From the NCBI GenBank assembly GCA_965248755.1, contig OZ252149.1, positions 1,760,001 to 1,824,000 of the forward strand: a stretch of 64,000 nt of DNA. The letters run 5' to 3'. Positions 38,259 through 48,748 of this stretch are shown here, piece by piece. Position 1 is the stretch's first letter. Each line of letters begins with the position of its first letter. Source of the DNA: Candidatus Latescibacterota bacterium. Its GTDB lineage: Bacteria > Latescibacterota > CBDEFO01. The position numbers and the translations under genes were made by a program. The notes under the pieces were generated by a model. That model had not been told where the DNA came from. It saw only the letters and a program-made list of their open reading frames with translations, and did no database searches.

Positions 38259-38731
38259 TTATCGGAGCTGGACTCAGAAGCTTTGTCCAGGTCTTTCTGC
38301 TTCTTAAGCTCCTTTTGGGCTTCTTGAAGCTTCTTTCTGAGGAGCCTATTTTCAGCTTGAAGATCCCTTTCCTTAAGACCCTGTTCTACGACTCTGCCCA
38401 TATCTATGAGCCTGAAAGGCTTTGTCACATAGGCGTAGACCCCGAGCTTTGTCGCATCAGCTGTGGACTCTGCGCTGGGATAGCCGGTCATGATTATTAA
38501 TACAACTTGCGGATCTTTGTTCACAAGCAGCTTCGTAAGCTCTATGCCGTTCATTCCGGGCATTCGAAAATCTATAAGTCCTACGTCGAATTTGGTATCT
38601 TGAGCTTGCTTATACGCCTCAAATCCACTTTCGGCCAGAGTAATGTCGTACCCCTCACCTTCGAAATATTTGAACAACATATCGCGCATATAGACTTCGT
38701 CGTCGACTATCAGGATAGATTTCCGGCTCAT
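38228..38731 (-). CDS. Response regulator receiver protein with coiled-coil tail
   Basis: ILIVDDE, IDFRMPGMNG, MTGY, TKPF. Confidence 0.88.
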   Translation of the reverse strand: MSRKSILIVDDEVYMRDMLFKYFEGEGYDITLAESGFEAYKQAQDTKFDVGLIDFRMPGMNGIELTKLLVNKDPQVVLIIMTGYPSAESTADATKLGVYAYVTKPFRLIDMGRVVEQGLKERDLQAENRLLRKKLQEAQKELKKQKDLDKASESSSDKPVSLAFGPT

Positions 38732-38919
38732 GGCAACTGCCTTTCTATTACGTGACGATATTGGGTACTTTGCCTTATTTTCTCGTCAAGAACCAGGAGT
38801 CAACTTTGAAGGATTTTACTTGCTTTTTTATGAACAGTTATTAAATTTATAGATGACAGGTTAAGGATTGTTGCACAGAAGGGACATCAAGCCATTCTGT
38901 TAAAAGAAGGAGGGAAGCT

Positions 38920-39138
38920 ATGTTCATGTATATCGCACAGTTTTTCATGGCCTTGGGAGTAGTGAGCTTTCTCATAGGCCTTTTGACTTCCATAAACGTC
39001 CTTCCGGTGTTCCTGTATACCGTCACGCCGGCGGGATTTTTGAACTTCACAAAGGCTGTTAGCCTGGTTGCAATCTCTTTTTTGCTACTGGAATTTTTGA
39101 GGAGAGCCAATAGCAAGGATAACGGATCAGATGCCTGA
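38920..39138 (+). CDS. Small two-TM membrane protein
   Basis: Strong RBS AAGGAGG, two hydrophobic segments, VTPAGFL. Confidence 0.65.
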   Translation: MFMYIAQFFMALGVVSFLIGLLTSINVLPVFLYTVTPAGFLNFTKAVSLVAISFLLLEFLRRANSKDNGSDA

Positions 39139-39989
39139 ATTTGACCGTTGGAAATATAAGAAGCGGATGCAGATAATAACTTACCTAATAATCGCCATCG
39201 TCTGCGCTATTTTAAGCTACGTTATCGGAGCATTCCTCTAGTGAATAGAACGATTATCCGACCCGAAACTATCCACGATCCAATTTGTACCCCAGAGCGT
39301 TACCGGGACGCATTTGGCTCTGACTTCTCCAGCTGAACGCTGCCTACAACATGGGTATTTCTCCATACCCGTTATCTCTGCTTGCATGTGAACCTGCATC
39401 AAGCTTGCGGGATGCTACCACTGGCAATGCCCACCATAGCAGGTATGAAGGAAACGGACAGCGTCCGAAAGTCAATTTATCTTAGTTGTGCTGAGGTCGT
39501 CAGGGTTAAAGAGTTCATTTCCGAAGTTTCAAATCCACATAAAGATAACCATAGAGAGATTCCATGTCAAGAACGAAAATTCTGTTTTGAACTGAATTAC
39601 GCATGCCGTTGGATAAGTCTTCTATCCGGTAAAACCTCCCCCCATACTATCTCTTGAGGCGTAATTCGAGTCTTTTCCCAAATGTTGGTAGTTAGCTTTA
39701 TGGACAATCTGTCCGTACAGCAGGGTACCTGACCACCTCTTACGCAGCTCAAAATTGTTTCTCCGCAGCGAGAGGACTTTTCATGTCCCAAATATCGCCA
39801 CATACCAACAAATTGTTAATGTGCCAAGTGCAGTGTTTCAACTGCGTTACCAAACACAAAGACGCTCTCAAAAACCCTTAGACATCGACGCAATTGTATG
39901 GAGAACTTTAAGGTTCTGCCACCCCCTAATGCAGCTATTCGTAATAGTACTCGAGCTTTTTATATTACTAGAATCTATTACATCTAAGA

Positions 39990-40853
39990 TTAGAGTAATT
40001 CATTTTTGGGCTGAAATCGAGCGAGTAACTCATCTTCACTCACAGTTTCCTCTCTTTGACTCAGATAAGTTGGGTTACCATGATTAAGATGATCAGATAT
40101 AGCACTAGCTATCTGATCTATCAAACTCGAACAATGATGGATATCAAGGCTATGCTCCCTCGCCCATGAGGCGTGTTGCTTGCAAAAACACCCCTTTTCA
40201 TCATCTATACTTCTAATACTGAGCTCTGCCCAGGTAAGATGGCTAAGAGATTTAATATCAGCTGGATGAACAGCGTATGTTTGTTGCACTGGAAACTTCC
40301 GACCACAATAAGCGCAGGTTACACAACTAACATCATAAGCTGCATCTAAGAAGAATCGTCGAGAGATTACTCCTGTTTTGTCTTCCCCCCTACCTACAGC
40401 TGCCAGTGCCATCTCTTTGTTGTGCTGTTTGGTACGCTCTTCGGTTCGACGCTTCAGCTCCTGGTTAAGTGAAGCAGACTCTTCATACTGCACGAGTGCC
40501 TGCCGCACCGTCAGCAGTATCTCCTCATTGTCAAAAGGTTTGGTTAAGAGCCGGTAGACCGCACCCTTGTTAATCACCTCTATGGCTACTTCCCTGTCCG
40601 CGAATCCAGTCAGGAGAATCCTAATGGTACCAGGATATTTCTCTCGTACAAGAGCTAAAAACTCAGCTCCTGACATCCCAGGCATCTTATAGTCCGATAT
40701 TACTAAGGCAACCTCGGTGGTCTCCATCTTCTGGAGCCCCTCCTCACCACTGGTCGCCATCAGAACCTCAAGCGGCTCCCTGTAAAAGAGACGTTGTAGA
40801 GAATTCAGTATGTTGGGTTCGTCGTCCACGCAAAGTACTGTATGGCGAGTCAT
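39990..40853 (-). CDS. Response regulator with unusual Cys/His-rich C-terminal domain
   Basis: LCVDDE, ISDYKMPG, LTGF, TKPF, then CVTCAYC...CFCKQH. Confidence 0.8.
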   Translation of the reverse strand: MTRHTVLCVDDEPNILNSLQRLFYREPLEVLMATSGEEGLQKMETTEVALVISDYKMPGMSGAEFLALVREKYPGTIRILLTGFADREVAIEVINKGAVYRLLTKPFDNEEILLTVRQALVQYEESASLNQELKRRTEERTKQHNKEMALAAVGRGEDKTGVISRRFFLDAAYDVSCVTCAYCGRKFPVQQTYAVHPADIKSLSHLTWAELSIRSIDDEKGCFCKQHASWAREHSLDIHHCSSLIDQIASAISDHLNHGNPTYLSQREETVSEDELLARFQPKNELL

Positions 40854-40935
40854 GGTGTTGCTCCTTCCTGAAAGGCATGGGTCGTGGAATGGGTGTCCGT
40901 TCTTACTTCTATCATTCCTCCAACTATCATCTGCA

Positions 40936-41037
40936 CTAGTTCTTGGATGTTTTTACAGGCGTTCTATTAAGTATAACCCCAAGTAGCAGCGGCACATTGA
41001 TTTCATCGTCTACACAGAGAACGGTCTTCTTATTCAT
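40936..41037 (-). pseudogene. Truncated receiver-domain remnant
   Basis: GGAG RBS, MNKKTVLCVDDEINV, then diverges and stops after 33 aa. Confidence 0.55.
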
Positions 41038-42643
41038 CGCTTATCTCCTCAATCGGCAGCCGAATCGTGAACGTTGTCCCCTTCCCCACCTCGCTTTCTA
41101 CCTCAATTGTACCTTTGTGCTTCTGAATGATACCGTGCGAAATGGACAGCCCAAGACCTGTCCCTTCGCCCACTTGCTTGGTTGTGAAAAAGGGATCAAA
41201 GAGATTGGGGATGATCTCCGGTAGAATCCCAACACCTGTGTCCGAAATCCGAATGACAATGTGGGTATCCGTTGCTTCGGTCTCGATTTGAATCTCCCCA
41301 TGCTCTCGAATCGCCTGGGCTGCGTTCACCAGCAGATTCATAAACACCTGGTTGAGCTGCGCCGGATAGCAGTGGATTGGAGGGATCTTACCCAGCTGCT
41401 TGTGGACCTCGCACTTATACTTGAGTTCGTTCCAGATCACCTTCAGCGTCGACTCGATCCCCTCGTTGATGTCTGCCTCCTTCACGTCCGCCTCATCTAC
41501 CCTGGCAAAATTCCTCAGCCCCTCCACGATCTCCTTCACTCGCTGTGTCCCCTCAACGGACTCCGAAAGGATCTGATCAACGTCCTCCAGAAGGTAATCT
41601 AGATCCTCCTCCTGGCGAATCTCCTCGATCCGATCCAGCGTCTCCTGCTGATCGGTGCCATTTCCGGCCTGCACGGCCTCTGCCAGGATATTGTACTTGA
41701 TCAGGAGCTGCTTGAATATCTCAACATATTCCGTCAGGGTCCCCAGGTTGCTCATCACGTACCCCACAGGATTGTTGATCTCGTGAGCCACACCTGCCGC
41801 AAGCAGACCGAGGCCAGCCATCTTCTCGGATTGCACCAACTGGGCCTGATTCTGCTTGAGCTGTTGATTTACCTCCTCCAACTCCTCCGTGCGCTCCTTC
41901 ACCCGTTCTTCCAGACTATCGCGAGCTTCTTGCAGGGCCATGTCCCGCTCTTGGATATGTATCAACATCTCGTTGAACGATTCAATGAGGAGTCCCACCT
42001 CGTCCTGGCTGTGCTTCGTCGCCCGGACCGAATAGTTCTTCTCGAGCGAAACGACTCTCGCCGTCTGCGCCAATTGCAAAATCGGTTTGGAGACCACTTG
42101 TTGAAGTTTTGACGACAGCAGGAAGGCCAGAAAGGAGGACGCCAACATGACGATGGCACCGATGGCTACATACCTCTTTAAGCGAGAGTACAGCTCTTGC
42201 ATGTCAGCCTGGATGTAAACCGTGCCGATCTTCTCGTCCTTGAGAATGGTCCGTTGAAACAGAACCAGATGATCGTCTCCGAAATAGTGGCCGTCTTCTC
42301 GAAGTCCGGGCGGCGAGAAGCCCTTGTTCACCTCACCCCGATGGTACTTGGCGAACACCCTCCCGTCCTTCGCGTAAATACAGGCGGAGACGATGTGTTG
42401 CTCGGCGCTCAGCGCCGCCAGTATCTCCTTTGCGGCCCTCTGATCGTCGAAGGATAGGGCAGCCGTGCTATTGGCACCGATGATTTCTGCCAGTATCGAG
42501 AGCTCGCGCACCATAGCACGCCGAAATGTGATCAGATCGTACGCAACAAACGCTATGACAGCCAAAAGCAACGCGACGATACTGGTCAGCATGATAACCA
42601 TCGTTAGTTTTCGATTGATGGACAGATCTCGAAAGGTGGGCAT
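41030..42643 (-). CDS. Membrane sensor histidine kinase (CHASE8-like periplasmic domain, HAMP)
   Basis: Two TMs, AALSFDD..AA.E.L..L periplasmic motif, HAMP DEVGLL..FN.M, H-box VAHEINNP, GTGLGLS. Confidence 0.9.
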   Translation of the reverse strand: MPTFRDLSINRKLTMVIMLTSIVALLLAVIAFVAYDLITFRRAMVRELSILAEIIGANSTAALSFDDQRAAKEILAALSAEQHIVSACIYAKDGRVFAKYHRGEVNKGFSPPGLREDGHYFGDDHLVLFQRTILKDEKIGTVYIQADMQELYSRLKRYVAIGAIVMLASSFLAFLLSSKLQQVVSKPILQLAQTARVVSLEKNYSVRATKHSQDEVGLLIESFNEMLIHIQERDMALQEARDSLEERVKERTEELEEVNQQLKQNQAQLVQSEKMAGLGLLAAGVAHEINNPVGYVMSNLGTLTEYVEIFKQLLIKYNILAEAVQAGNGTDQQETLDRIEEIRQEEDLDYLLEDVDQILSESVEGTQRVKEIVEGLRNFARVDEADVKEADINEGIESTLKVIWNELKYKCEVHKQLGKIPPIHCYPAQLNQVFMNLLVNAAQAIREHGEIQIETEATDTHIVIRISDTGVGILPEIIPNLFDPFFTTKQVGEGTGLGLSISHGIIQKHKGTIEVESEVGKGTTFTIRLPIEEISDE

Positions 42644-42705
42644 ATGACTCTCCCTGAGGCTTGTTCTTAACGACAGTTTCGTCGGTTTCTCAAGTCGCAA
42701 TCAGA

Positions 42706-43329
42706 TCATGGTTTTGGCCAAATTCCAGTGACGACTTTCGCAAGGTCCAGGAGCCTCGAGCTGATCCTCAGTGTGGCTCGCTTTGCGGCCTCTACGTTGA
42801 TTTCAAAACGAACCTTGTTCTTTTTTGTTGTAAAATTGATGATCCCTCCGCGTTGAGCAAAACGTTTCATTTCGCCGACCGTTAAGACACTCGAATCTTT
42901 GAGGGTCTCTACGATCTTTTCCAGAAGCCTTTCCTCCGACGTGCTGATGAAGAGGATATGGCAGTCGTCCAGATCCTGACCCTTCTCGAATTTCTTGATT
43001 CGCTTGATCACCAGTCTCCTGTTATTGAGGATTTTATCCTTGACGGTCTGCTCGAGAATGTCGCCAAACGGATCCTCACCGAGAACGGCGAAGATTATGG
43101 GGTCGCTGGCATCCGCGAACGCCTCGGCTGGCCACTCAACGAACTTCACAAAGTTGTACAGAAAAGCTGCCTTGATCTGATACTCGCGGGACAACCTGGA
43201 TTCCGCGTGGGCGTGCGGCGTGTTAACTAACATCGCGCATGCAGCAACCAAGACGATTAGGCATAGAATCTTGCTGACTATAAGACACCCCTTACGAGAG
43301 CAGTTCATCTTTAGAAAGTCCATTGCCAT
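42706..43329 (-). CDS. YfiR/HmsC-family (DUF4154) periplasmic protein
   Basis: EYQIKAAFLYNFVKFVEWP, CHILFI, GGIINF, VRFEIN, ISSRLL.LA. Confidence 0.9.
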   Translation of the reverse strand: MAMDFLKMNCSRKGCLIVSKILCLIVLVAACAMLVNTPHAHAESRLSREYQIKAAFLYNFVKFVEWPAEAFADASDPIIFAVLGEDPFGDILEQTVKDKILNNRRLVIKRIKKFEKGQDLDDCHILFISTSEERLLEKIVETLKDSSVLTVGEMKRFAQRGGIINFTTKKNKVRFEINVEAAKRATLRISSRLLDLAKVVTGIWPKP

Positions 43330-44363
43330 CCAATATTACTCAATCGCCAGTCGGTCTCAAGCTGGGGTCCGTCTAATGATTGGTAAAGAGGCAAACCGCC
43401 TACGATTGAGAATCGAAATCCCTTCAATGTGCCTTTTGGTACGTAATAACTGAGACCGAGCAAAAGATCGATGCGCTTTCCGCCCCGTCTATCAGGGTCG
43501 GCGGTCGGGACCATTCTGGGGTTCAAATCAGGATCGGCTCCGTGGATATTCCCCCATATCTTCCCATCGATCTGAACGGATGAACTGAGCCAGTCAGCCC
43601 ACCCGTAGACCCCCCAGGAATTCAGGTAATAACGATTCCCCAATCTATAATGGTTGCTGTTCTTGCCAAGACCGATCCTGGCCATCGTATGAGCCCCCCA
43701 AGCCCACTTTTCGGTCTGGCCGACGTATGTGATGCCAGACTTCAGGGCAAACGTGCCGGAACCCAACTGCATAGGATATGGCAGCTTCTGGTCCGGGCCG
43801 GCCGGTGTGTTGCCCTTCTCGTTGATAGAGCCGGTAGGAAGCCGCAGTGATGGCAAGAAAATAAAACGATGCGGGTCACGCTCGTAGAAGGCGTAGTGCC
43901 CCATCACTTCCACGTCGCCGATCCCCTTCGACTCTGTTGTGAACCGGGCGCCCATACGGTTGACATGATCCATCGACAGGCGTTTGTCGGGGAACATGGC
44001 CATCAGCGTAAGATTGTCTGTTACCCCGTACATGACATTGATCATCTGCATTTCCATACTCATGTTGATCGGGGCAACCATGAAGTCTTGAAGGACATCG
44101 TTTTCGCTCTTTCTATTGGTCCCGTCTCGATTTCCACCCATGCCCATGAACATGTATTTATAGCCGATCATCCATTCGCCTGCCAGATGGATATGGGTCC
44201 CCAAGACGTTTCTTAGAACGACATCCATGTCTATCAGTTCCTCAGGACTAAGCTCTGTTAGATCGTCCGGACGTCCCTGGTCCGGTTTGCGGTCGTCTGC
44301 CCAACCGACTGTCGTCACCGACGCGAGCAACAGGGCAAAGATGACGCTCCTGACGACGGTCAA
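43311..44363 (-). CDS. Met/His-rich outer-membrane beta-barrel ('transporter')
   Basis: Signal peptide, HIHLAGEWMIGYKYMFMGM, GIGD, LPTGS, LPYPMQLGSG, C-terminal GWQWTF. Start uncertain; the upstream in-frame part is a degenerate receiver. Confidence 0.75.
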   Translation of the reverse strand: MTVVRSVIFALLLASVTTVGWADDRKPDQGRPDDLTELSPEELIDMDVVLRNVLGTHIHLAGEWMIGYKYMFMGMGGNRDGTNRKSENDVLQDFMVAPINMSMEMQMINVMYGVTDNLTLMAMFPDKRLSMDHVNRMGARFTTESKGIGDVEVMGHYAFYERDPHRFIFLPSLRLPTGSINEKGNTPAGPDQKLPYPMQLGSGTFALKSGITYVGQTEKWAWGAHTMARIGLGKNSNHYRLGNRYYLNSWGVYGWADWLSSSVQIDGKIWGNIHGADPDLNPRMVPTADPDRRGGKRIDLLLGLSYYVPKGTLKGFRFSIVGGLPLYQSLDGPQLETDWRLSNIGWQWTF

Positions 44364-44526
44364 ACTCCGCTTAGGGTAGAGGCGCTCCGAAAGGGCCACG
44401 CGGAGCTCCTCCTCTCCATCCCTGGCGGTGAGGACGCGATAAAACAGGAGGCGAAGCAGGCGGCACAGGGCCACAACCATCCCTTTCCCGTCCTCCACAC
44501 ACAAGAGTCTCTTCTGTTCGTCTGCG

Positions 44527-44943
44527 TTATTGGGTCGCATAGCTTTCGCTCCAACCTGCACTCTTGCCCAGTCCCTTGACGCTGGCTAACCTTGACACTT
44601 TCTCCACCAGATCCTTGTCCTTGAACGGCTTTTCTAAGATGTCGTCGGCCCCGGCTTCAAGGGCTTCCCTCAGGTGTTCCCGAGGCATAGCTAAGACGAT
44701 CAGAACCTTAATATCCTGTAAACACTCCATGCTTCAGACGAATTTGAGGACCTCGAGTCCACTCAGGCCGGGCATTTTGAGATCCAGTGTTATGACAACA
44801 GGTGAAAAGTCCCCAGCAGAGCTCCCATAAAGAACCCATCCGATGCGATCATCGTTTCAAATCCAGCTTTCGTAGCACACGCTGAATCGCGTTTGTCATA
44901 GAAGGATCATCCTCGCCCTCCATCCAGCGGATAACCGTACCAT
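44527..44943 (-). pseudogene. Frameshifted and stopped response-regulator receiver
   Basis: Fragments AGFETMIASDGF, TLDLKMPGLSGLEVLKFV*, EALEAGADDILEKPF. Confidence 0.7.
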
Positions 44944-44980
44944 CTGATCTCCTTATAAGCATTTATAAAATCCATAGGGT

Positions 44981-46216
44981 TCAAAGCATTCTCTCGATGC
45001 TGCGTTCGACTATAGCTTGGGCGGATGACAGCCAATCTTCGGAAAGACCAAATCGAGACCAGCTTTCGGAATTTGCACTGGGAGAACAGAAATTCCCACT
45101 TGCCCCGATCTCAAACTGGTGCACCAGAACATCGGCCACGTGCACCGCAGCAACGACTTCATGTTCTTCATCGCACAGGTGCGGTGTATGGTGCCACTGG
45201 ATGGAGTTCACTAAAAAAGATGGAAGGCTCCACCACTCCGCCAGATAGGCACCAATCTCCGTGTGTGTGGTTCCCATCACCTCCTGCTCCGCTTGCTGCA
45301 GCAACACCTTTTTCTGATGGGCAATGCCAATAGCCTTCTCGAATTGGTCGTGGAGGTATTGGTCCTCCACCAGCTTCCCCAGATCGTGCAGCAACCCCGC
45401 GGTAAATGCCCTGTTAGCTATATTTTGATCCATAGATGCTTCTTCAACGGTTAGCTTTGCAACGGTCCCACAGCTGATCGAATGTATCCAGAACGCCTTG
45501 CGGTTGAAGCCCCGTACCTCTGGTGCCTCGGATGAAAGCGACTCAAATACCGACATCGAAAGCACCAGAGCTTCGACTATCTGCATCCCCAGAACCACCA
45601 TGGCCTTCTTCACGGTATCTACCTGATACATCTGACCGAAGAAGGCGGAGTTGGCACAGCGCAGGAGCCTGGCCGAGATCGACGGGTCGCGCTGGATCAC
45701 CTCCACGATCCGGTCTGGGGACTCGCTGGACGAATCCTCTAAAATCTCCTTGATCTCCAAATAGATCTGCGGCATCGTGGGTAGAGATGGGTAGGAGTTG
45801 ATGATCTGCTGGAGCCGCTGGCTCTTCTGCTTCTGCTTCTCGGATTGGTTCAGGGCGTTCTGAATAATCCCTTTTATATCCTCCTCCTCCCACGGTTTGG
45901 ACAGAATCTGATGCACGTGCTCCTCGGACAGGGCCTGCGTCACCGTCTTCTGATCCGCATATCCGCTCAGAATAATCCGCACGATATACGGATAGAGGTC
46001 TTTCACCTGCTTCAGGAACGCCATGCCGTCCATACCGGGCATCCGCAGGTCCGAGACCACCAGGTCCACCTGATTCTCCTTCAGAATCTCCAGCCCATTG
46101 GCGCCGCTGTCCGCAAAGATCAGATTCCAGTCCTCCTTGCGAAGCAGGCGCCGAAGCGAGGTTAGTATGCTCTGCTCATCGTCCACGAAGAGTATGGTCT
46201 TACTTTCATCGGCCAT
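44981..46216 (-). CDS. Receiver-HDOD signalling protein
   Basis: ILFVDDE, SDLRMPGMDG; HDOD LPTMP, DPSI, FWIHS, GLLHDLGK, WHH. Confidence 0.92.
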   Translation of the reverse strand: MADESKTILFVDDEQSILTSLRRLLRKEDWNLIFADSGANGLEILKENQVDLVVSDLRMPGMDGMAFLKQVKDLYPYIVRIILSGYADQKTVTQALSEEHVHQILSKPWEEEDIKGIIQNALNQSEKQKQKSQRLQQIINSYPSLPTMPQIYLEIKEILEDSSSESPDRIVEVIQRDPSISARLLRCANSAFFGQMYQVDTVKKAMVVLGMQIVEALVLSMSVFESLSSEAPEVRGFNRKAFWIHSISCGTVAKLTVEEASMDQNIANRAFTAGLLHDLGKLVEDQYLHDQFEKAIGIAHQKKVLLQQAEQEVMGTTHTEIGAYLAEWWSLPSFLVNSIQWHHTPHLCDEEHEVVAAVHVADVLVHQFEIGASGNFCSPSANSESWSRFGLSEDWLSSAQAIVERSIERML

Positions 46217-46338
46217 CGCTTGATCCTCCGATCCACTTCCATCCCATGGGCTCTGGATCAACTCTCCAGCCTCCAGCTATGTTCTGCACGTTCCCCTATC
46301 CATATTCCCTTACTGATATGACTATTATTTCTTTATCT

Positions 46339-46486
46339 AATATACGTATCATGTTTTTCCTGTCAACCATTTTGTAATCATCAACATATATATACTACAA
46401 TATAAGATAAATGATATAGTATTCATAAACAATTCTATAAATACTATATAAAAAGAAAGCCTGCCATTTCTGACGTACTGTTTGTT
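46339..46486 (-). repeat. Terminator + AT-rich + sigma70 promoter module, copy 2
   Basis: Homologous to 34105-34243; TTGACA-N16-TATATT on the minus strand upstream of the REC-HDOD operon. Confidence 0.7.
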
Positions 46487-46768
46487 CGGGGACGACTGTC
46501 GGGCTGTGCGTAGGTCTGATAGCGCACAACCTTCTAAAAGAGAAACCCACATTTGGCAATATGCCCCTAAATCATTTGTTTATCTTTCATAGCCGATTCC
46601 TTTGCATCAAAGGGTGAAGACCGGTCAATCCACACTTGCCCACCAGAAATTTTCCTCGCCAGCAGCAGAGAGGATTGTTTTGTGCCCGATATGGCTACAG
46701 AGCTACTAATAGTCAGTGTGGCGATTGCAGTTTTTCCACTACATTGCCTAAAGTTTTCAAACTTTTCC

Positions 46769-46797
46769 TTGACAAACCCTGAGATCGTTGGTATATT
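46769..46797 (+). promoter_or_regulatory. sigma70-type promoter for glnK-amt
   Basis: TTGACA-N17-TATATT. Confidence 0.7.
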
Positions 46798-46837
46798 AAC
46801 TGATAATTATTCTAAAAGAAGTAATAATTATCAATAA

Positions 46838-47209
<372 letters not shown>

Positions 47210-47255
47210 AAGATAGATCGGGTTGGACCGATTCTTGAGAAAGGAGAGTGTATCT

Positions 47256-48656
47256 ATGAATCCAAAGACGTTGAAATGGACATATATGCTTGGTTGTCTG
47301 GCCGTAATGCTCCTTCTGATTCCCGTTGCAGCAGGAGGGGCAGATCCGAGCGGTGAGGCGACCTTTACGGACAACATTGAGGGGTTGAAAACCTCGATAA
47401 ACTTTACGTGGACGCTTGTAGCTGCATTTTTAGTGTTCTTCATGCAGGCCGGCTTTGCCTTTTTAGGGGCGGGATTAATCCGTGCAAAAAGCACGCTGAA
47501 TTACCTGACCAAAAGCTACATGGATTTTTCTGCAGGGGCCATCTCGTATTGGGCTTTAGGGTTTGCCCTGATGTTCGGAGGGTCGGAGGCGTACTCCGGG
47601 CTTGGCTATGGAAACCGATTCTTCGGCATGAGCGGTTTCTTTTTAGTAGGCGAGTCATACGATGTAAGTACCCTTATGTTCTGGCTATTTCAGATGGTCT
47701 TCGCTGCCACGGCTGCTACCATAGTCGCAGGAGCGGTAGCTGAAAGGTTAAAGTTTCAGGCTTATCTCATTTACAGCTTCGTGATATGCGCCGTAATCTA
47801 CCCGATCTACGGCCACTGGGTGTGGGGAGGCGGATGGCTCTCAGATCTTTCCTCCTTCTTAACATTTCTACCAGAAGGAACGGGAGCACTGGACTTTGCA
47901 GGTTCCTCCGTCGTTCATGCTGTGGGAGGATTAGTAGCGTTAGCAGGAGCCAAGGCCGTCGGTCCCCGGATTGGCAAATATAACGAAGACGGTACCCCGA
48001 ATGCCATACCGGGGCATAATATGGTATATGTGATCGCAGGGACGTTCATACTCTTTTTCGGATGGTTCGGCTTTAACGCGGGGAGCACTTTAGCTGCCAC
48101 CGATCTCAGAATATCTGTCATCGCCGTCAATACGTTCCTGGCCGGATCAGTAGGGGCGACAGTGGTCATATATTTCACGTACATCAGAACCAGAAAAGCG
48201 GACATACTCTTGGCCTGCAACGGGGCCTTGGCCGGACTTGTGGCTATCACAGCACCGTGCGCGTGGGTAGCACCCTGGGCAGCAGTAGTGATAGGGGCTA
48301 TAGCCGGGCTGTTGATGATGGCAAGCGTCCATTTTGTGGAGTACAAGCTGAAAGTAGATGACCCTGTGGGAGCCATCTCAGTCCACGGTACGAACGGACT
48401 CTGGGGAATCTTGGCCGTGGGGATATTCGCCGATGGAACCTACGGCGGCGTCAAGGGAGTCATAATGGGCGAGTGGGGACAACTTATCGCTCAGATCATA
48501 ACCTGCATCACCGTAACTGCCTGGGCGCTGATCACGGGATTTGCTCTCTTTCTCATACTCAAACACACCATTGGGATCAGAGTCTCTCCGGAGGAGGAGC
48601 TACAGGGATTAGATGTCCACGAGCACGGCATCGAGTGCTATCCTGCGGCGACATAG
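47256..48656 (+). CDS. amtB: Ammonium transporter
   Basis: FMQAGFA, FQMVFA, GAVAER, WVWGGGW, DFAGSSVVH, GWFGFN, DDPVGAISVH. Confidence 0.96.
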   Translation: MNPKTLKWTYMLGCLAVMLLLIPVAAGGADPSGEATFTDNIEGLKTSINFTWTLVAAFLVFFMQAGFAFLGAGLIRAKSTLNYLTKSYMDFSAGAISYWALGFALMFGGSEAYSGLGYGNRFFGMSGFFLVGESYDVSTLMFWLFQMVFAATAATIVAGAVAERLKFQAYLIYSFVICAVIYPIYGHWVWGGGWLSDLSSFLTFLPEGTGALDFAGSSVVHAVGGLVALAGAKAVGPRIGKYNEDGTPNAIPGHNMVYVIAGTFILFFGWFGFNAGSTLAATDLRISVIAVNTFLAGSVGATVVIYFTYIRTRKADILLACNGALAGLVAITAPCAWVAPWAAVVIGAIAGLLMMASVHFVEYKLKVDDPVGAISVHGTNGLWGILAVGIFADGTYGGVKGVIMGEWGQLIAQIITCITVTAWALITGFALFLILKHTIGIRVSPEEELQGLDVHEHGIECYPAAT

Positions 48657-48748
48657 AATTTCACACGGACAAAACGAAGGAGTCAGAAATTAGGGCAGAC
48701 ACAAAGAGTCTGCCCCTTCATTCCACTACCAAACGGGAGGGACCTCTA

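Noticed and set aside
39140..39990. Short ORFs in this intergenic stretch
   Set aside because: No recognisable motifs or convincing RBS; likely decayed DNA.
44364..44561. N-terminal 66 aa of the 416-aa barrel ORF as part of the mature protein
   Set aside because: It reads as a degenerate receiver domain preceding the signal peptide and is treated as a remnant.
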